Assembly (NCBI RefSeq): GCF_001194135.2
Contig: NC_068986.1
Span: 5,277,416 to 5,341,415 of the forward strand
DNA: 64,000 nucleotides
Source: Octopus bimaculoides
Taxonomy: Eukaryota
Direction: 5' to 3'
The first letter of the stretch is position 1, and each line of letters starts with the position of its first letter. Below are positions 1-13,375 of this stretch, piece after piece. A model generated the notes under the pieces. It saw only the letters and a list, made by a program, of their open reading frames with translations. It was not told the DNA's origin and ran no database searches. The translations under genes were made by a program, and so were the position numbers.

Positions 1-461
1 TAACAATGGATTTGTTATGTAATTACTTAAAATATGGTGCAAATTCTAGTAGTAAGGTATTTCCTTGAAAATAAGTTTGTTTTAGGTGAATAAAAGAAAA
101 TATGTTGACTAAAATTGAAACAGTTGCCCTATTCTTAAAGTTTATTAATTTTTTTTTTTTTTCTTTGTATAAATAAAAAAATCATTTGACAATAAACTAT
201 GAAATTATTTTCAGAAATTGTAATGCTGTAGTTGGAGTTCTAGTTTGAACAGATAAATTAAAATTCACATAACATGAAAAACATTTGAAATACCCATAGC
301 TATGTAACAATGTTGTAAATTAAAATAAGGAAGTTTACTCAATATATCTTGAATGAAAATCTCAGAACTATATTATAGCATTTTTGACAGTTGAAATATA
401 ATCTGTGTGTGTTTAAATATTGTACTGTCTCAAAGTGTAAGGAATTTTTTTTTTTTTTTCA

Positions 462-1268
462 TGTAACTGGCATGTAAAAAGCACCTTTCTAGTATTGGGC
501 CTCATCGAGGCAATGTGGCCAATGCCAGTGGCATATAAAAGCACCTCTCAAACGTTGGGCCTCATGGAGACAATGACAAATGACCAAGACCTTTGGCAAT
601 ATGCCATGCTTGAGAAGACCCATCAAGCCAAGTGAAATCATAGTCATGGAAGATACTGGTGCCGTGCAACTGGCACATGCTGATGGGACATAAAAGCACC
701 CATTACACTCTTGGAGTGGTTGGCATTAGGAAGNNNNNNNNNNNNNNNNNNNNNNNNNNNNNNNNNNNNNNNNNNNNNNNNNNNNNNNNNNNNNNNNNNN
801 NNNNNNNNNNNNNNNNNNNNNNNNNNNNNNNNNCAAGCCAAGTGAGACCATGGCCCATGACCTATGCCAGTGGGTGTAACCAGTCCACTTATGAATACCC
901 CTCACTCATTCGACAATAAACTTTGCTTGCGAAGACCTATTGAGGCAAGTGAAATCAAAAAAAGTACCATTCAAGCATGATCATTGTCAGAGTCACCCTA
1001 CCGACGCATGTGCTGGTGGCACGTGAAAAACAACATTCGAGCATGGTCGTTGCCAGTGCCGCCTGACTGGCTCCCCATGCTGGTGTCATGTAAAAGCACC
1101 CACTTCTCTCTCGGAGTGGTTGGCATTAGGAAGGGCATCCAGCTGTAGAAACTTTGCCAGATCAGATTGGAGCCTGGTGCAGCTTCTGGCTCACTAGTCC
1201 TCAGTTAAACCATCCAACCCATGCTAGCATGGAAAGCGGACATTAAACGATGATGATGATGATGATGA
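462..1268 (+). mobile_element. RTE LINE 3' end/3'UTR repeat ending in a V-domain-like segment and (ATG)n tail, interrupted by a 100-N gap
   Basis: TTGGGCCTCA..GAGGCAATGAC..GACCTTTGG RTE end, GGCACGTAAAAAGCACC-type repeats, TGGAGTGGTTGGCATTAGGAAGGGCATCCAGCTGTAGAAA core and GATGATGAT tail, shared with many copies in the window. Confidence 0.75.
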
Positions 1269-2557
1269 CTACATTCTGAGTTCAAATTCTTTCGAAGTTG
1301 ACCTTGCTTTCATTCTTTTGAGATTGATAAATTAAGTACCAGTCAAGTACTGAGGTTCGATGTGATCAATTGTCCCCCTCCCCACAAAAATCCAGGCCTT
1401 GTTCCTATAGTAGAAAGGATTATTATCATTATTATTATTTGCTGCTTTAGTAGTTCAGTGTACAAATATGTCAGTCATTATTAGTTGGCAGACTCATTAG
1501 AGCACTGGACAAATGCTTGCAGTATTTAATTATAGTTCTTTATGTATTGAGTTTAGATCCCCTCAGGGTCAAATTTCATCCTTCAGTTTTCTGCCATCAG
1601 TATTATCAAATTGACAATTGGTAGAGCATTGATATTTAGCCAATTCCCTTCATATGCTGAGTTAAAATCTTGTCAAAATTGATTTCACTTTCATCCTTTG
1701 TGTGGAGTACGGGGAAGCAATAAAATAAGTACTTTTATTTATTCCCTTTCTTAGTTTAAAGATCTTATTCTGGAAATTGTTGCACTTACATGTCAAACAG
1801 ATTCTATTTTAATCTGTACTTACATGAAGTCTCTAATACAATTTTCAGTTCAGTAATTCTCTCCCCCACCCACCCACACACATACATGCGCACATGTTAT
1901 GTATTCTATTCTAAGTTTAATTTCTGTACCTATTTTCCTAACTTGTTAATATGTAGTGTCCACGAAAAGAGGACAATCAGAAAATTATAGAGAAAGAAAA
2001 GTAGAATAGACAAGCCCATTTAGTCTTGCCTTGCTGAAGACTTGACAAGCTCTATAGACTTGGTCTCATGACAAATGTACCAGTACACTCCATAAAGTGA
2101 CTGGTGGTAGGAAAAGCATTCAGTCACAGAAACCAAGCCAAAATGACATATACAAGCATCGTTCTATAAGAGTAGATGCTCCCAATAACTGATTTTTTGG
2201 CCATAATAACCCATCCAACCTATTATGCCAATGTGGAACTGTTCACATATTATTAGCTTTGCATGAATCTGAACTATTGTATAATATACTTTTATGATGC
2301 TTTTCATCCACACTGTTTATCTGATTTGATAGTAATTAAGTGTAGAATAGACTTTAAACTTTATGCATTAATAGGTTAAATACCATTCCTAAACATGCTA
2401 CCAGAGCTTCTGATAATGCCTCTCTTTATATACATTTTGTCTACTCTTTCCAAATATACTATTGTTGTTCATCCTATCAGGTTTCCATCTCTTGATTCAA
2501 TTGATTTTATTGTAATGTTTTCCTCCTTCTCTCTCTTTTTTTTTTCCCAATCAATAG

Positions 2558-2676
2558 CTCCATCATCTCACCTTGTTTTGATCAATCGCAGCATGGCATA
2601 CACTTCTATTGGCAAATATACCCTTGCTTTGAATGATGCCGATGCTGTAATAAAGCTGCAGCCAACGTGGTCTGAA
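2558..2676 (+). CDS. LONRF: LONRF exon (first visible in window; TPR helix APSSHLVLINRSMAYTSIGKYTLALNDADAVIKLQPTWSE)
   Basis: Polypyrimidine tract + caatag acceptor, GTAAGA donor; TPR-like peptide resembling the TPR region of LONRF proteins; phase 1 start, frame continues into the next exon. Confidence 0.85.
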
Positions 2677-5612
2677 GTAAGAATATTTTTATATTTTATT
2701 ATTTACTTTCTGCTTTTAAAAAAATTACTTTGATTCCGTATTTTGATATTTTGAGAAATAAAGGAAAAAAAAAAATAACAAGAATTTACAAATAAATTTT
2801 TTGCTAATTGCTTCTGATTAAATTTACCATAGTTGATTCTTAATCTTGTAGTCCTTAAAACCAAAGTATTGAACATCTATTGTTATTCTTCCCACTCCAG
2901 AGGTGTGTTGGTAGGGTCAGTCACTTCTGGACACAGGCGTAAGGAGGAGCAAGATTCTCTTTTGCTTGTGGATGTTAATGAGGCAGCACCAAAAATATCT
3001 TTGCACCAGAGCATTAATAACACCATGCCACACCACCGCCCTATCTCTCCTATATTCAGCCAAAAAGTGGTGAGGAATTAGATATTGCTATTTAGCCCTG
3101 TTTGATTGCTTGAGTGAGTGTTTGCTCAGATATATCAATACCTATTGAAAGTATGAAGTCTGAATTTTTTGCCAATAATTGTTTAATCTTAGCTTTTTTT
3201 CTGTTGGAGGGGGTGGTGCAAAAATTTACTTTATTAAGTTTAATATGTGCTGAATGAGTCACATGTTAAACAAAACGAAATCAATTGCAGGAACAATAAA
3301 ATACAAAAAAAACACATTCACACACACGTACACAAACAAAACAATTTGTTTCAGATATACCTGACTATAATATTTAGTCAGACAAAATACAATTTACTAT
3401 TATTGATCACACCCACCTAGGATGAATGCTTCTTTGCTTTCCATTGATCAATTATTTAGTTAATATTTCCTCTGACTAGGCTAGTAGACTGGCAAAAACC
3501 ATTTGAGCATTAGACAAAATGTTTATTTTTATTGGTTACTAACTTTTATGTTCTGAGTTCAAATCCTGCCATGGTCAATTTTTCCTTTTACCTTTCTTGG
3601 GTCACTGAAATAAAGTACCAGTCAAATACTAGGATCAATTTAATTAATTAAAGCAAACTCTAAATTTATGGTTGTGTGCTAATCTTAAAAAGTAGCTTTT
3701 AATATATATATATATATAAACATATATATATATATATATATATATCATCATTTAACATCCATTGTCCATGTTGGCATGGGTTCGACAGTTTGATCAGGGC
3801 TGGTAAGCTGAGGGGCTGCACCAGACTCCGGTCTGATATGGCATTGTTTCTACAGCCGGCCACCGGTACATGTACCGGTTGCATGACACCAGCATCTGTC
3901 ACGACTATGCTTTCACTTTACTTGATGTGTCTTCTACTCAAGCACAGCATATTGCCATAAGCCTCAGTCATTACATACATACATATGCATGTATCAAAAA
4001 CACTATAAAATAGGGAAAGGTGATGTACGTTGAACATAACCCTAAATTTTGAATTTTAGATAATTAGCATTTATTTCCATGTTGCTGTGTGTAATGGGGT
4101 GATGAAGGTGTGGTGCAGGAAGGGTATTTATCCTGAAATGCATTCTACAGGAAACTCATGATTGGCAACAAGCAGGCTAGCATAATTTATCTTGTGACCC
4201 AAAGGATTGCAGTGGGAATATTACATTAGCTTAATGGTTAATTCTGGTAAAGCAAAGTAATGGGGAACAACTTTAAAAATCAAAATAATTAAAAATTAAG
4301 CAAGGGCATGTAATCTTTAGAAAGTACATGGCAATTCTGGATTTGTTTCAGTCTTCTTAGACCTCATTACTACATGTCTTTGATCCTTTTGGCAAGATCT
4401 TCAATCTTTCAATGATTCAAGGTTTAGTAAGTATTGGTATAGCTATTGTTCTCTGAAGAGGTCTTATAAGGCATAAATATGTACATAATTGTCATTGAGC
4501 ATACCATAGATATAAGTTGTCTCCCTTGTCGTGGCCAAAATGAAAAAATTGAATCAACAGTTTTACTCCAATTTTAATTAATTTTGCTCAATTAATAATT
4601 AGTTTTACTCAGTTTTAATTAATTTTCCTTTGCTATACTATTTTCTGTACATAACAGGATGACAAGTTAGATGTAGAGTGGAAGTCTTGAAAGCTTTGGA
4701 TATTTAGTTTGTAACTTATGATTGCTTGTTTTATCGATTGTCTTTCATATGAAGTTTTCAACTAATTCTTTGAAGAATATTTTGAATGTTAGTAACTAGA
4801 ATTGTACCTATCAGATGAAGGTTACACACTGGAAATATACTTTTGCCACCATGAGCTATATCAGGAAATATGACATACATACAATAATTATGATTTAAAT
4901 TGGTATCTTCCAGTTATACAAATAAAAATGTAATAGTAATACTTTGACCACCAAAATCAATCTTCCATGTATCAAATATGGAATGCAGGATAAGGTACCG
5001 CTTACACAAAATTGTCATGGATTACTGAGAGGAACTTACCAAGGATATATATACAATCTTTAAAATTTTCATACCAAAGTCTACCTACCTAAATCAAAAC
5101 CAGTAAATTTTAATTTATTTTTCAAAAATAGTTTTTCGTATATTTTTCTGATTTTAAAAATAATATTCGATATATTATACAAACTTTACCTTTTCCATCT
5201 CTAACAAGCGGAAGTATTATCTATCAATGTGTTCCATTATAATGACAAAACTTTCGTGAAACGATCATACGATGCATTAATTACCAAACTTTTAAACTGT
5301 CATATTTCATATATTTACATATATTTTTAATACAATACTATTTTAAACATATATCTTCGTGAGGAATTTTTTTTGATATTAAATTTCATGCTATTATTTC
5401 AAAATACAGTATATATAATCACTCGTATTAAATGTCTAAATACTTTATAGTATTAATATTTTTGACACTTTAATACAAAGTGCACTCATCATAAATTCAG
5501 TGTATAATATTCTCAAAGAATATATTTAATTAATGATACATATAATGTAAAATGTAACATCTTTCTTTGCTTTCTTGCTTTCATGAAACATTTTTTCCCT
5601 TTTTCATTTTAG

Positions 5613-5735
5613 GGCTACTATAAGAAAGGTGTTGTATTATATGAAATGCAAAGATATGCAGAATCTGTGTCGAGTTATCTTGATTGTTTAACAATCAATC
5701 CTTCAAGTAGTACATCAAAAAAGCAGCTAATGATG
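5613..5735 (+). CDS. LONRF: LONRF exon (TPR: GYYKKGVVLYEMQRYAESVSSYLDCLTINPSSSTSKKQLMM)
   Basis: ttttag acceptor, GTATGG donor, 123 nt open frame (phase 0-0), TPR consensus pattern. Confidence 0.88.
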
Positions 5736-6321
5736 GTATGGAATATTGTCATATAACTTTATACATTCTTTTTAGTTGTTTTGATTCCTTAAATCTAACT
5801 AAAAATCAATTGATTTGTTTGTTTTTAGAACAAATTATTTTATTATTCCCTATTTTTAAACATGTTAACTATCAAATATCTGTATGTGTGTGTGAATTAT
5901 TATCAATGGCAGGAAGTGAGACAGAATCACAGTTATGTACATAAGTAAAACAAAAAAGACAGTGTAATGAGACAAAAAACACTAGTTAACTTTGACACAG
6001 TATCATAAAAAAAAAATTGTGTGTGTTTAACTGTTATATAAATTTAATTTGTATGTGTGTATATATAAATTATATTTGTGCATACATATTGGTCCTACAT
6101 CACAAATATAATACAGCAAGCTCTAGCTCCAAGAGAAATACTTGTGCAGTATCTTTTAAGCCATTTTGTTTTTTTAACAAGATCATCAAGTTCTTTCACA
6201 TTACACCTGGACCAAAATCAAAATGGAGAAGGTAAAAAGTGTGTTTGTTGTTGAGACAGAAATTAGATTTGATTACACTTTCATAAATAGACAGATTCCA
6301 GCCATCTGAAGTGTACAGCAT

Positions 6322-7020
6322 AGATTCTTAAGTTTGTTCTTGCAAGAAGAGGACTAAAATCATATCTGCAGCTTCAAACGGCAGATAGTCATATCTGTAC
6401 TGCATGTAGAGAAGCATATTTCAGACAAAGCCTGTTAGAAAATATTTACAGTGAAGTAAAAATGATGGAAGCAGTTGTTTCTCATTAACTTTCAAAACTG
6501 CAGACTCTTCTTGCATGCGGTCTATTATCGCACAGTGATTTTGTGACTAAAATTTAAAGACCTATCTGAAGATGCCACCTTCAACATGGCTCTCATTCCT
6601 ATTAAGGATAAAGTTTTGGCAATAGGTGGAGAAGAATTGCATAAATATGGCTTGTATAAATATGACTTGCAGATTAACTGGTCTCAAAGGAACCAAACAC
6701 CATCTAAGGTTCAATGTGAGCATCTCCTATTATGCTAACTCTCTATCTTAATATATGGCTAAGAATAAGTCTAAGCTACTTGGCCAAAAAAGAAGTCTTC
6801 AGTGCAATTGATGAACATATTTTGAACTAAGAAAAAGGTTATAACTTTTTCATGATGCACCCGTAGGAACAAAATAAAAACAAAAGACTTTTCATTAACC
6901 TATTGCAGATTGAACTGAGGAAACATGGTTTTACCTTTATTTGTTGTTGTTAAACAGTACTTGATGATACACACTCTTAGGAGTACCAGAGAAACAATTT
7001 TTTACTTTGGGCTGAGTGAC
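6322..7020 (+). mobile_element. Decayed Helitron RepHel (PIF1 helicase-side) coding fragment in a LONRF intron
   Basis: Manual translation gives TACREAYFRQSLLE (cf. TFREAC..LGLLEDD), MALIPIKDKVLAIGGEELHKYGL (cf. ALILIEDK.L...GK.L..YGLP) and FHDAPVGT...KTF (cf. DAPGGTGKTF Walker A); stops and frameshifts present. Confidence 0.75.
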
Positions 7021-7262
7021 AGTTACTTTAGCAAGAGAATTTGATCAGACACTTCCATATACACACATGTTGTGCAGCATGAACATCCAAAAGTTAAAAA
7101 AGAAACCGTTTCTAAGTAAAAAAAAATGAGGCTCTTTCATTAGAATTAAAACCTCAGTGGGAAGTCCAGCATGCATATAAACATGTGTGTACTTTGATAT
7201 GCATGTGTGCAAATATGCAATGTGTATATCAGTTTTGGTATGTATGTGTACAGATACGTTTG

Positions 7263-7263
<1 letters not shown>

Positions 7264-7355
<92 letters not shown>
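7264..7355. repeat. (CT)n microsatellite just upstream of a LONRF acceptor
   Basis: Direct reading; it explains the SLSL/RERE ORFs. Confidence 0.98.
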
Positions 7356-7359
<4 letters not shown>

Positions 7360-7394
7360 ACTTATTACATGAATAACATTTCATTCATTTTCAG

Positions 7395-7580
7395 GCATTA
7401 CACAAATTATTGAAGGAAGATGCTGATCAAGAACATCAGCTTTGTACTTCAGCAACACCTGGGTTCATACCTTGTGTCAGCTCAAAAATGGAAACAGACA
7501 AGGATCAAGCATTGCTCCAATGTGAAGCTAGTGAATACCAATTTGACACATGCAAAGGGAAAATACAAAGGATAATGAAG
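7395..7580 (+). CDS. LONRF: LONRF linker exon (ALHKLLKEDADQ...KIQRIMK)
   Basis: tttcag acceptor, GTGGGT donor, 186 nt open frame; ALHKLL matches the post-TPR helix of LONRF. Confidence 0.8.
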
Positions 7581-7709
7581 GTGGGTTGATATTAAAAAGG
7601 TTGAAATACACGAAAGAAAATGAGTTGAATTGAAAAAATTGAATTTTGGAAAATGCCTGAGATTTAAATTTATAAATTAAATTTAAATTGAATTTGATGT
7701 CTCTTACAG

Positions 7710-7761
7710 GTTGATAATGAAGACAGTTGCAAAAAATTCTCTAGGTTTAATGACAATAAAA
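7710..7761 (+). CDS. LONRF: LONRF small linker exon (VDNEDSCKKFSRFNDNK)
   Basis: cttacag acceptor, GTAAGT donor; 52 nt supplies the phase 0 to 1 shift needed to join the flanking exons in frame. Confidence 0.75.
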
Positions 7762-7865
7762 GTAAGTAATACTTTTAATTCAAATTTAATTTACCATGTG
7801 TCTGATTTGTGTGTAAAATTATTTCATATTTTTGCTTGTAATAATATTTTACTTTTTATATTTAG

Positions 7866-8009
7866 GTCATTCATTACCAGTGTGCTTATTTCCCCCCAAA
7901 ATATTCCAGTTAAAATCAGCATCTGAACCATCGTTACAGGGTACTGAATTTAATAAAAATAATGAAGACAGTTCTTCCAACTCACAAATCCCTCCATCTC
8001 AATTGGATC
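7866..8009 (+). CDS. LONRF: LONRF linker exon (SHSLPVCLFPPKIFQLKSASEP...IPPSQLD)
   Basis: tttag acceptor, GTAAGT donor, 144 nt, phase 1-1, open frame. Confidence 0.75.
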
Positions 8010-8357
8010 GTAAGTTTTATTAATACCTATTGTTTGGATTCTCTTTTAATCACTAACAGAATTTAGCAATTAATTTCATCAACACATGCTGGTATTTAAT
8101 TTTCATTGTATAGATATCTTTACCATGCAGTATGATAAAAATAAATTGACTGCATTACCTTTACATTAAAGAGAAAATCTTATTAAAAGCAAAGTGGAAT
8201 TTTTTTTAATTAGACATGAGTTTTAATCAATTTAATCAACAGAATATGTTAAATACTAAGTATCTGACTTTTATGTTTTATATTTTTACATATATCTTTG
8301 TAATCTTTAATTTTGTACTATCTCTATACACCTATTTAAAACCCTGTTTGTATCTAA

Positions 8358-8687
<330 letters not shown>

Positions 8688-8878
8688 TGAATATTTCTAA
8701 TTAACCTGTTTACTGCAGAGAGCTTTGAAAAAAAAAACTTTACAATAAGTTAACAAAAGGAAAATGAAACTTAGTGTGTTTATAAGTAGATATTATCACT
8801 GAAATCATTTTTTTATACAATTTACGAAAAAAAAAAAATTAGAAAAAAAATACCCTGAATATATTTTGTGTATTGTAG

Positions 8879-9000
8879 TATATTGCTGAACAAAACTGGG
8901 CTGTGGTAGATAGTTTGCAGAACATTATTTGCACTTATTTCCCTGAAGATTATGCTAAAGTTGAAAGAGAGCATGAAGAACTGATGAAAAAATTTGCATG
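8879..9000 (+). CDS. LONRF: LONRF exon (YIAEQNWAVVDSLQNIICTYFPEDYAKVEREHEELMKKFA)
   Basis: ttgtag acceptor, GTATGT donor; matches the helical segment between the RING and LON domains. Confidence 0.92.
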
Positions 9001-9380
9001 GTATGTATATATTGGTTTCTTTGCTTATTGTAAAAGGAATACAGCTATGTTCACACTCTATCACCCTTGTTTCTTTTGTCATCCCCTCTCCTTTCTTTTT
9101 TCATAGAAATATGTAGATTTTTTTTTTTTTACTCAAAATTTATAATTGTCAGCTAGAAATGCTGGTAAAGATCACTATTGATGTTTTATCAACTAATTTT
9201 CCTGTGTATTGAGGCTTATTAAAGCATTTAGTTACTGATCAGTTGCTTGTTTAAATATTGGAATCAAATGTAAGGTAAATGATTTAAAATGAAATATAAA
9301 AAGAAAAAAAATGTTCTAAGAATAATTTGTGTGTGTATATACACTTAAAATATCTTTTTATACACATATATAAATACCCA

Positions 9381-9414
<34 letters not shown>

Positions 9415-9875
9415 AAAATATATTCTTCAAAAGATTTAGTTGATTATATCGATCTCAGAGCTCCCAAGTATTTACTTTATCGATCTCATAAGTGGCATCA
9501 TATAAGTCAGTGCAGAGCTAAAGACCCCTCCACACACATATGCTCATGACATTTTTCCAGCAGGCTTCTACATAGTTTCAGTTTATTAAACTTCACTTCC
9601 AGAACTTTAGTTGATCCAAGGCTATGGAGACACTTGCCTTATGTACCATGTAGTGGGATTGAACCCTGAATCACATGATTTGCAAAGCAAACTTCTTAAC
9701 TATACAGCCACCATACCTGCATCTCATATATATGCAAATGTCTCTGTTTTGTGTATGTTTTCACCTTTCCTTACATGGAAAAAATATTGCCTTGTTGTGC
9801 ATTTATATGTTCTAAGCTATTTATGTAGAGCATAAATAGAATATTACACAAACAATAATGGTTTTAGTTATTTAA

Positions 9876-10085
<210 letters not shown>

Positions 10086-10991
10086 TAAGTGTTGTTACAG
10101 GCTTTTTTTTCTCTCTCTTTCTTGTCTTAATATCAATAAATTAAATAAGATAGCGAGCTGGCAGAATTGTAAGCACACTGGGTGAAATGCTTAACAGCAT
10201 TTTGTCCATCTTTACATTCCGAGTTCAAATTCTGCCATGGTCAGAATTTTCATCTTTCATCTTTTTGGGGTCAACAAAATAAGTACCAGTTGAATACTGG
10301 GATCAATGTAATCGACTTAACCCCTCCCCTGAAATTGCTGATCTTGTGCCAAAATTTGAAACTGATATTAGTAAATGAATTCATTGACTCCAGGTTCAGT
10401 TTACACCAGGTTGCAGTACGTTTTATTTATTAATTGTAATTTTACCTTGGAATTATTACATCATTTACCTATTTGATACCTCAAAACTTTTACTTTCAAA
10501 ATCTTGTATTAAAAAAAATCTCAGTATTTAGAAGTATAGATTTGAGATACATATTAGGATTTCCATAGGAAAAATGTTGTATTGCTGGGAGTAGAGCCAG
10601 TGATGATAAATGGGATGAGGTAGTTAGTTCATGTGCTGAAGAAGGATGAAAGTGACTGAGTGAGGAGTGATTGGAAATTAATGCAGAAGGAAGTAAAGGA
10701 AGAATGTGTAGAAGACAATGGAGGAAATAAGATTGAAGGCTGTGTAGAAGATAGCCTTGTGATCCCTCATGATAATTTTCTTCCCTTTGCCCTGACACTA
10801 CTTTAGCAGGAAAAATATGGCTTTAAAACGTTATTGTATTTTTTGAGACAATACATATGTATGTTATCTGATGTGGTGGGGTCAGGAAAGTAATTATAAA
10901 TGTATAAATTTTATTGCAATTTTTCAATATAAATTTTAAATCTTAGAGTTTTCATTTTAACTTTGTCATTTTACTTTTGTCTATTTTACAG

Positions 10992-11179
10992 AAATTATCC
11001 TGAATTTGGTTGTATGCTTAACATTAAAACTGTTCAGATGCTGGCAAATGGATGTTCATTGTTAGACACTGTTGGTGGTAGGCGCTTCAAAGTGCATAGT
11101 TGGGAAAGTTTAGATGGATACAACACCGCTTTTGTGTCTTTTTTTGAAGATAACCCAATAGACTCAGTAGAACGTGAAG
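10992..11179 (+). CDS. LONRF: LONRF LON domain exon 2 (NYPEFGCMLNIKTVQMLANGCSLLDTVGGRRFKV...DGYNTA)
   Basis: tttacag acceptor, GTAATT donor; GCML..., DTVGGRRF.V and DGY.TA motifs of LONRF. Confidence 0.95.
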
Positions 11180-11849
11180 GTAATTTGAGTTTATTATTAT
11201 TATTATTGCTGTTGTTGTTATCATTATTTGCCTTTCATCTTTTTGGGGTCAATAAAATACCATACCAATCGAGTTCTTGCCTCTCCCCTCCCTCAAAATG
11301 ACTGGCCTTGTGTCAAAATTAAAAAGACTTATTATTATTGCTGTTCCTTTTATCCCTTTCCATGATTGATAAAGTATTCCTCTTCCCTTCGAAACTGTAG
11401 GCTTTGTACCTAAATCAAAAACAATTAAGGTGGTGAGCTGGCAGGATCATTACTGCATTAGTCTGAATGCTTAGCACCATTTCTTGTATCTCTATTTTCT
11501 GAGTTCAGGTCCTGCCAAAGTCAACTTTTCATCCACCAGGAGTTGGTAAAATAAGCACCAGTAGTATACTGTTATTTCAGCCATGTATGTTCTTCTCCTG
11601 TGCCTGTGTAGCAGATCATTATGAAATGCTTTTACAATAGCATAAATAAGTAATATGTTCAAATATATAACTCACAAAATGTAAAAATAACCAGTGATTT
11701 TTCTTTAATAATTTCTGATTAGAAAATTAACTTTAATTATAATTACTATGTCAGCGAAACAAAATCGTAAATTAACCAATCTAATTGTGATTTTCATTTT
11801 GTATTCAGATGAAAGTGGTATTTAAATGTGAATATTTTACATAAGAGCA

Positions 11850-12570
11850 AGGGATTGGCAGACTCCTTAGGACATGAAACAAACTGTCATTACTATATTT
11901 CTTATGACTCTTTACATTCTGAATTCAAATCTTATCAAGATTGACTTCACCCTTCATCCTGTTGAGTTGATGAAACAAAGTAGCACTCTAGTACTAGGGT
12001 TGATATAATCAATGTTTCCTCGTCTGTATTCAAGGCCTTGAACCTAAGTAAGAACTCAGTAATAATAATGCTCTCTATTATTGGCACAAGGCCAGCATTT
12101 TGAAGGAAGGTGATAGTCAATTACATCAACCCCAGTGTTCAACTGGTACTGAAAGGATAAAAGGCAAAATCAACCTTGGTGGAATTTGAACTCAGAGTAT
12201 AAAGATGAATAAAATACCACAAAACATTTCGCCCAACATTCTAACAATTCATCCTGCTCAGACAAAATACTTTGCAATATTTCATCTATCTTTATGTTCT
12301 GAGTTCTACTTCTGCCAAGGTCAATTTTACCTTTCGTCCTTTTGGGGTTGATAAATAAGTAGAAAGTTGAACACTGGTTCTAACAATTCTGCCACCTCAG
12401 TCAGACAAAATGCTTTCCGGTATTTCATCCATCTTTGTTTTGAATTCAAATTCCACCATGGTTGACTTTACTTCTCTTTAGGAGTAGATAAAATAAGTAC
12501 CAGTTGAACACTAGGTTCAAGTAATTGACTATCACTCTTCTCTCAAAATTGCTGGATTTGTGCCAGTAGT
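11850..12570. mobile_element. Cluster of four tRNA-headed, CORE-like SINE copies (+, -, +, +) in the last LONRF intron
   Basis: Repeated TTCTGAGTTCAAATT...GCCTTTCATCC..GGGGTTGATAAA.TAAGTACCAGT consensus, and its reverse complement at about 12075-12250. Confidence 0.8.
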
Positions 12571-13088
12571 TAAGAACTCGATATGAAATCTTTAAAAGGA
12601 AGGTTTTATTTTTCTTTTTGGAAACTCTTTAAAAACTTATTACCAAAACCTTTAGTGGAATTGGTAGACAGAAACTGAAAAAAGCCTGTTGTATATATGT
12701 GTGTGTGTCTTTGTGTCTGTGTTTGTCCTCTGTCACCACTTGATTACTGGTGTTGGTGTATTTACATCCCCATGAATTAGGGGTTTGGCAAAAGAGACCA
12801 ATAGAATAAGTACTAGGTTTAAAAAATAAATCCTGGGGCCAATTTGACTAAAACCCTTCAAGACAATGCCCCAGCATGGCCACAGTCAAATGATTAAAGC
12901 AAATTAAAGATAAGATACAATGAACATGAAACATGTCAAGACAATCTTGCTTTATTTTTCTGTGTACAAAAAGAACATATGTATTCACATCTGTGTAAAT
13001 TTCTGAAGTAAATACTTAAAAACTGTAGCTTGACTACTTTAAATTTCTCTACAGTTTATTTATTTTCCCCTTTCTTATGTGTTTTCAG

Positions 13089-13375
13089 AACTACTAAATC
13101 TTGAAAGAGAAGTTTATGAAAAGAGTAAAAAATGGTTAAAGTTGCTGCAACCAGAGAGTGTGAGAGAAATCACTGATCACTATGGATGCCTTCCAAAGTT
13201 ATCATCTACTGAATTAGATACACCCAATGGTCCTGCATGGGTGTGGTGGATGATTACCATACTACCAATTGACAGTAAATTACAAATAACAGCAATGTCA
13301 TTCAAAAAACTACAACAAAGACTTCTATTCATAAAAAGTGCCATCGACACAATTCAAAGTAAATTGTCAAGTTGA
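13089..13375 (+). CDS. LONRF: LONRF terminal coding exon (…PNGPAWVWWMITILP…; TGA at 13373-13375)
   Basis: tttcag acceptor; PNGPAW.WW...LP motif. The ten visible exons total 1592 nt and stay in frame to the stop. Confidence 0.94.

Noticed and set aside
4559-4627. Short AT-rich tandem duplication (AGTTTTACTC..TTTTAATTAATTTT twice)
   Set aside because: Ordinary slippage-type duplication in intronic AT-rich DNA.
7146-7413. ORFs with RERE/SLSL repeats (also CVCV/HTHT at 63101-63609 and 27148-27459)
   Set aside because: Translations of dinucleotide microsatellites.
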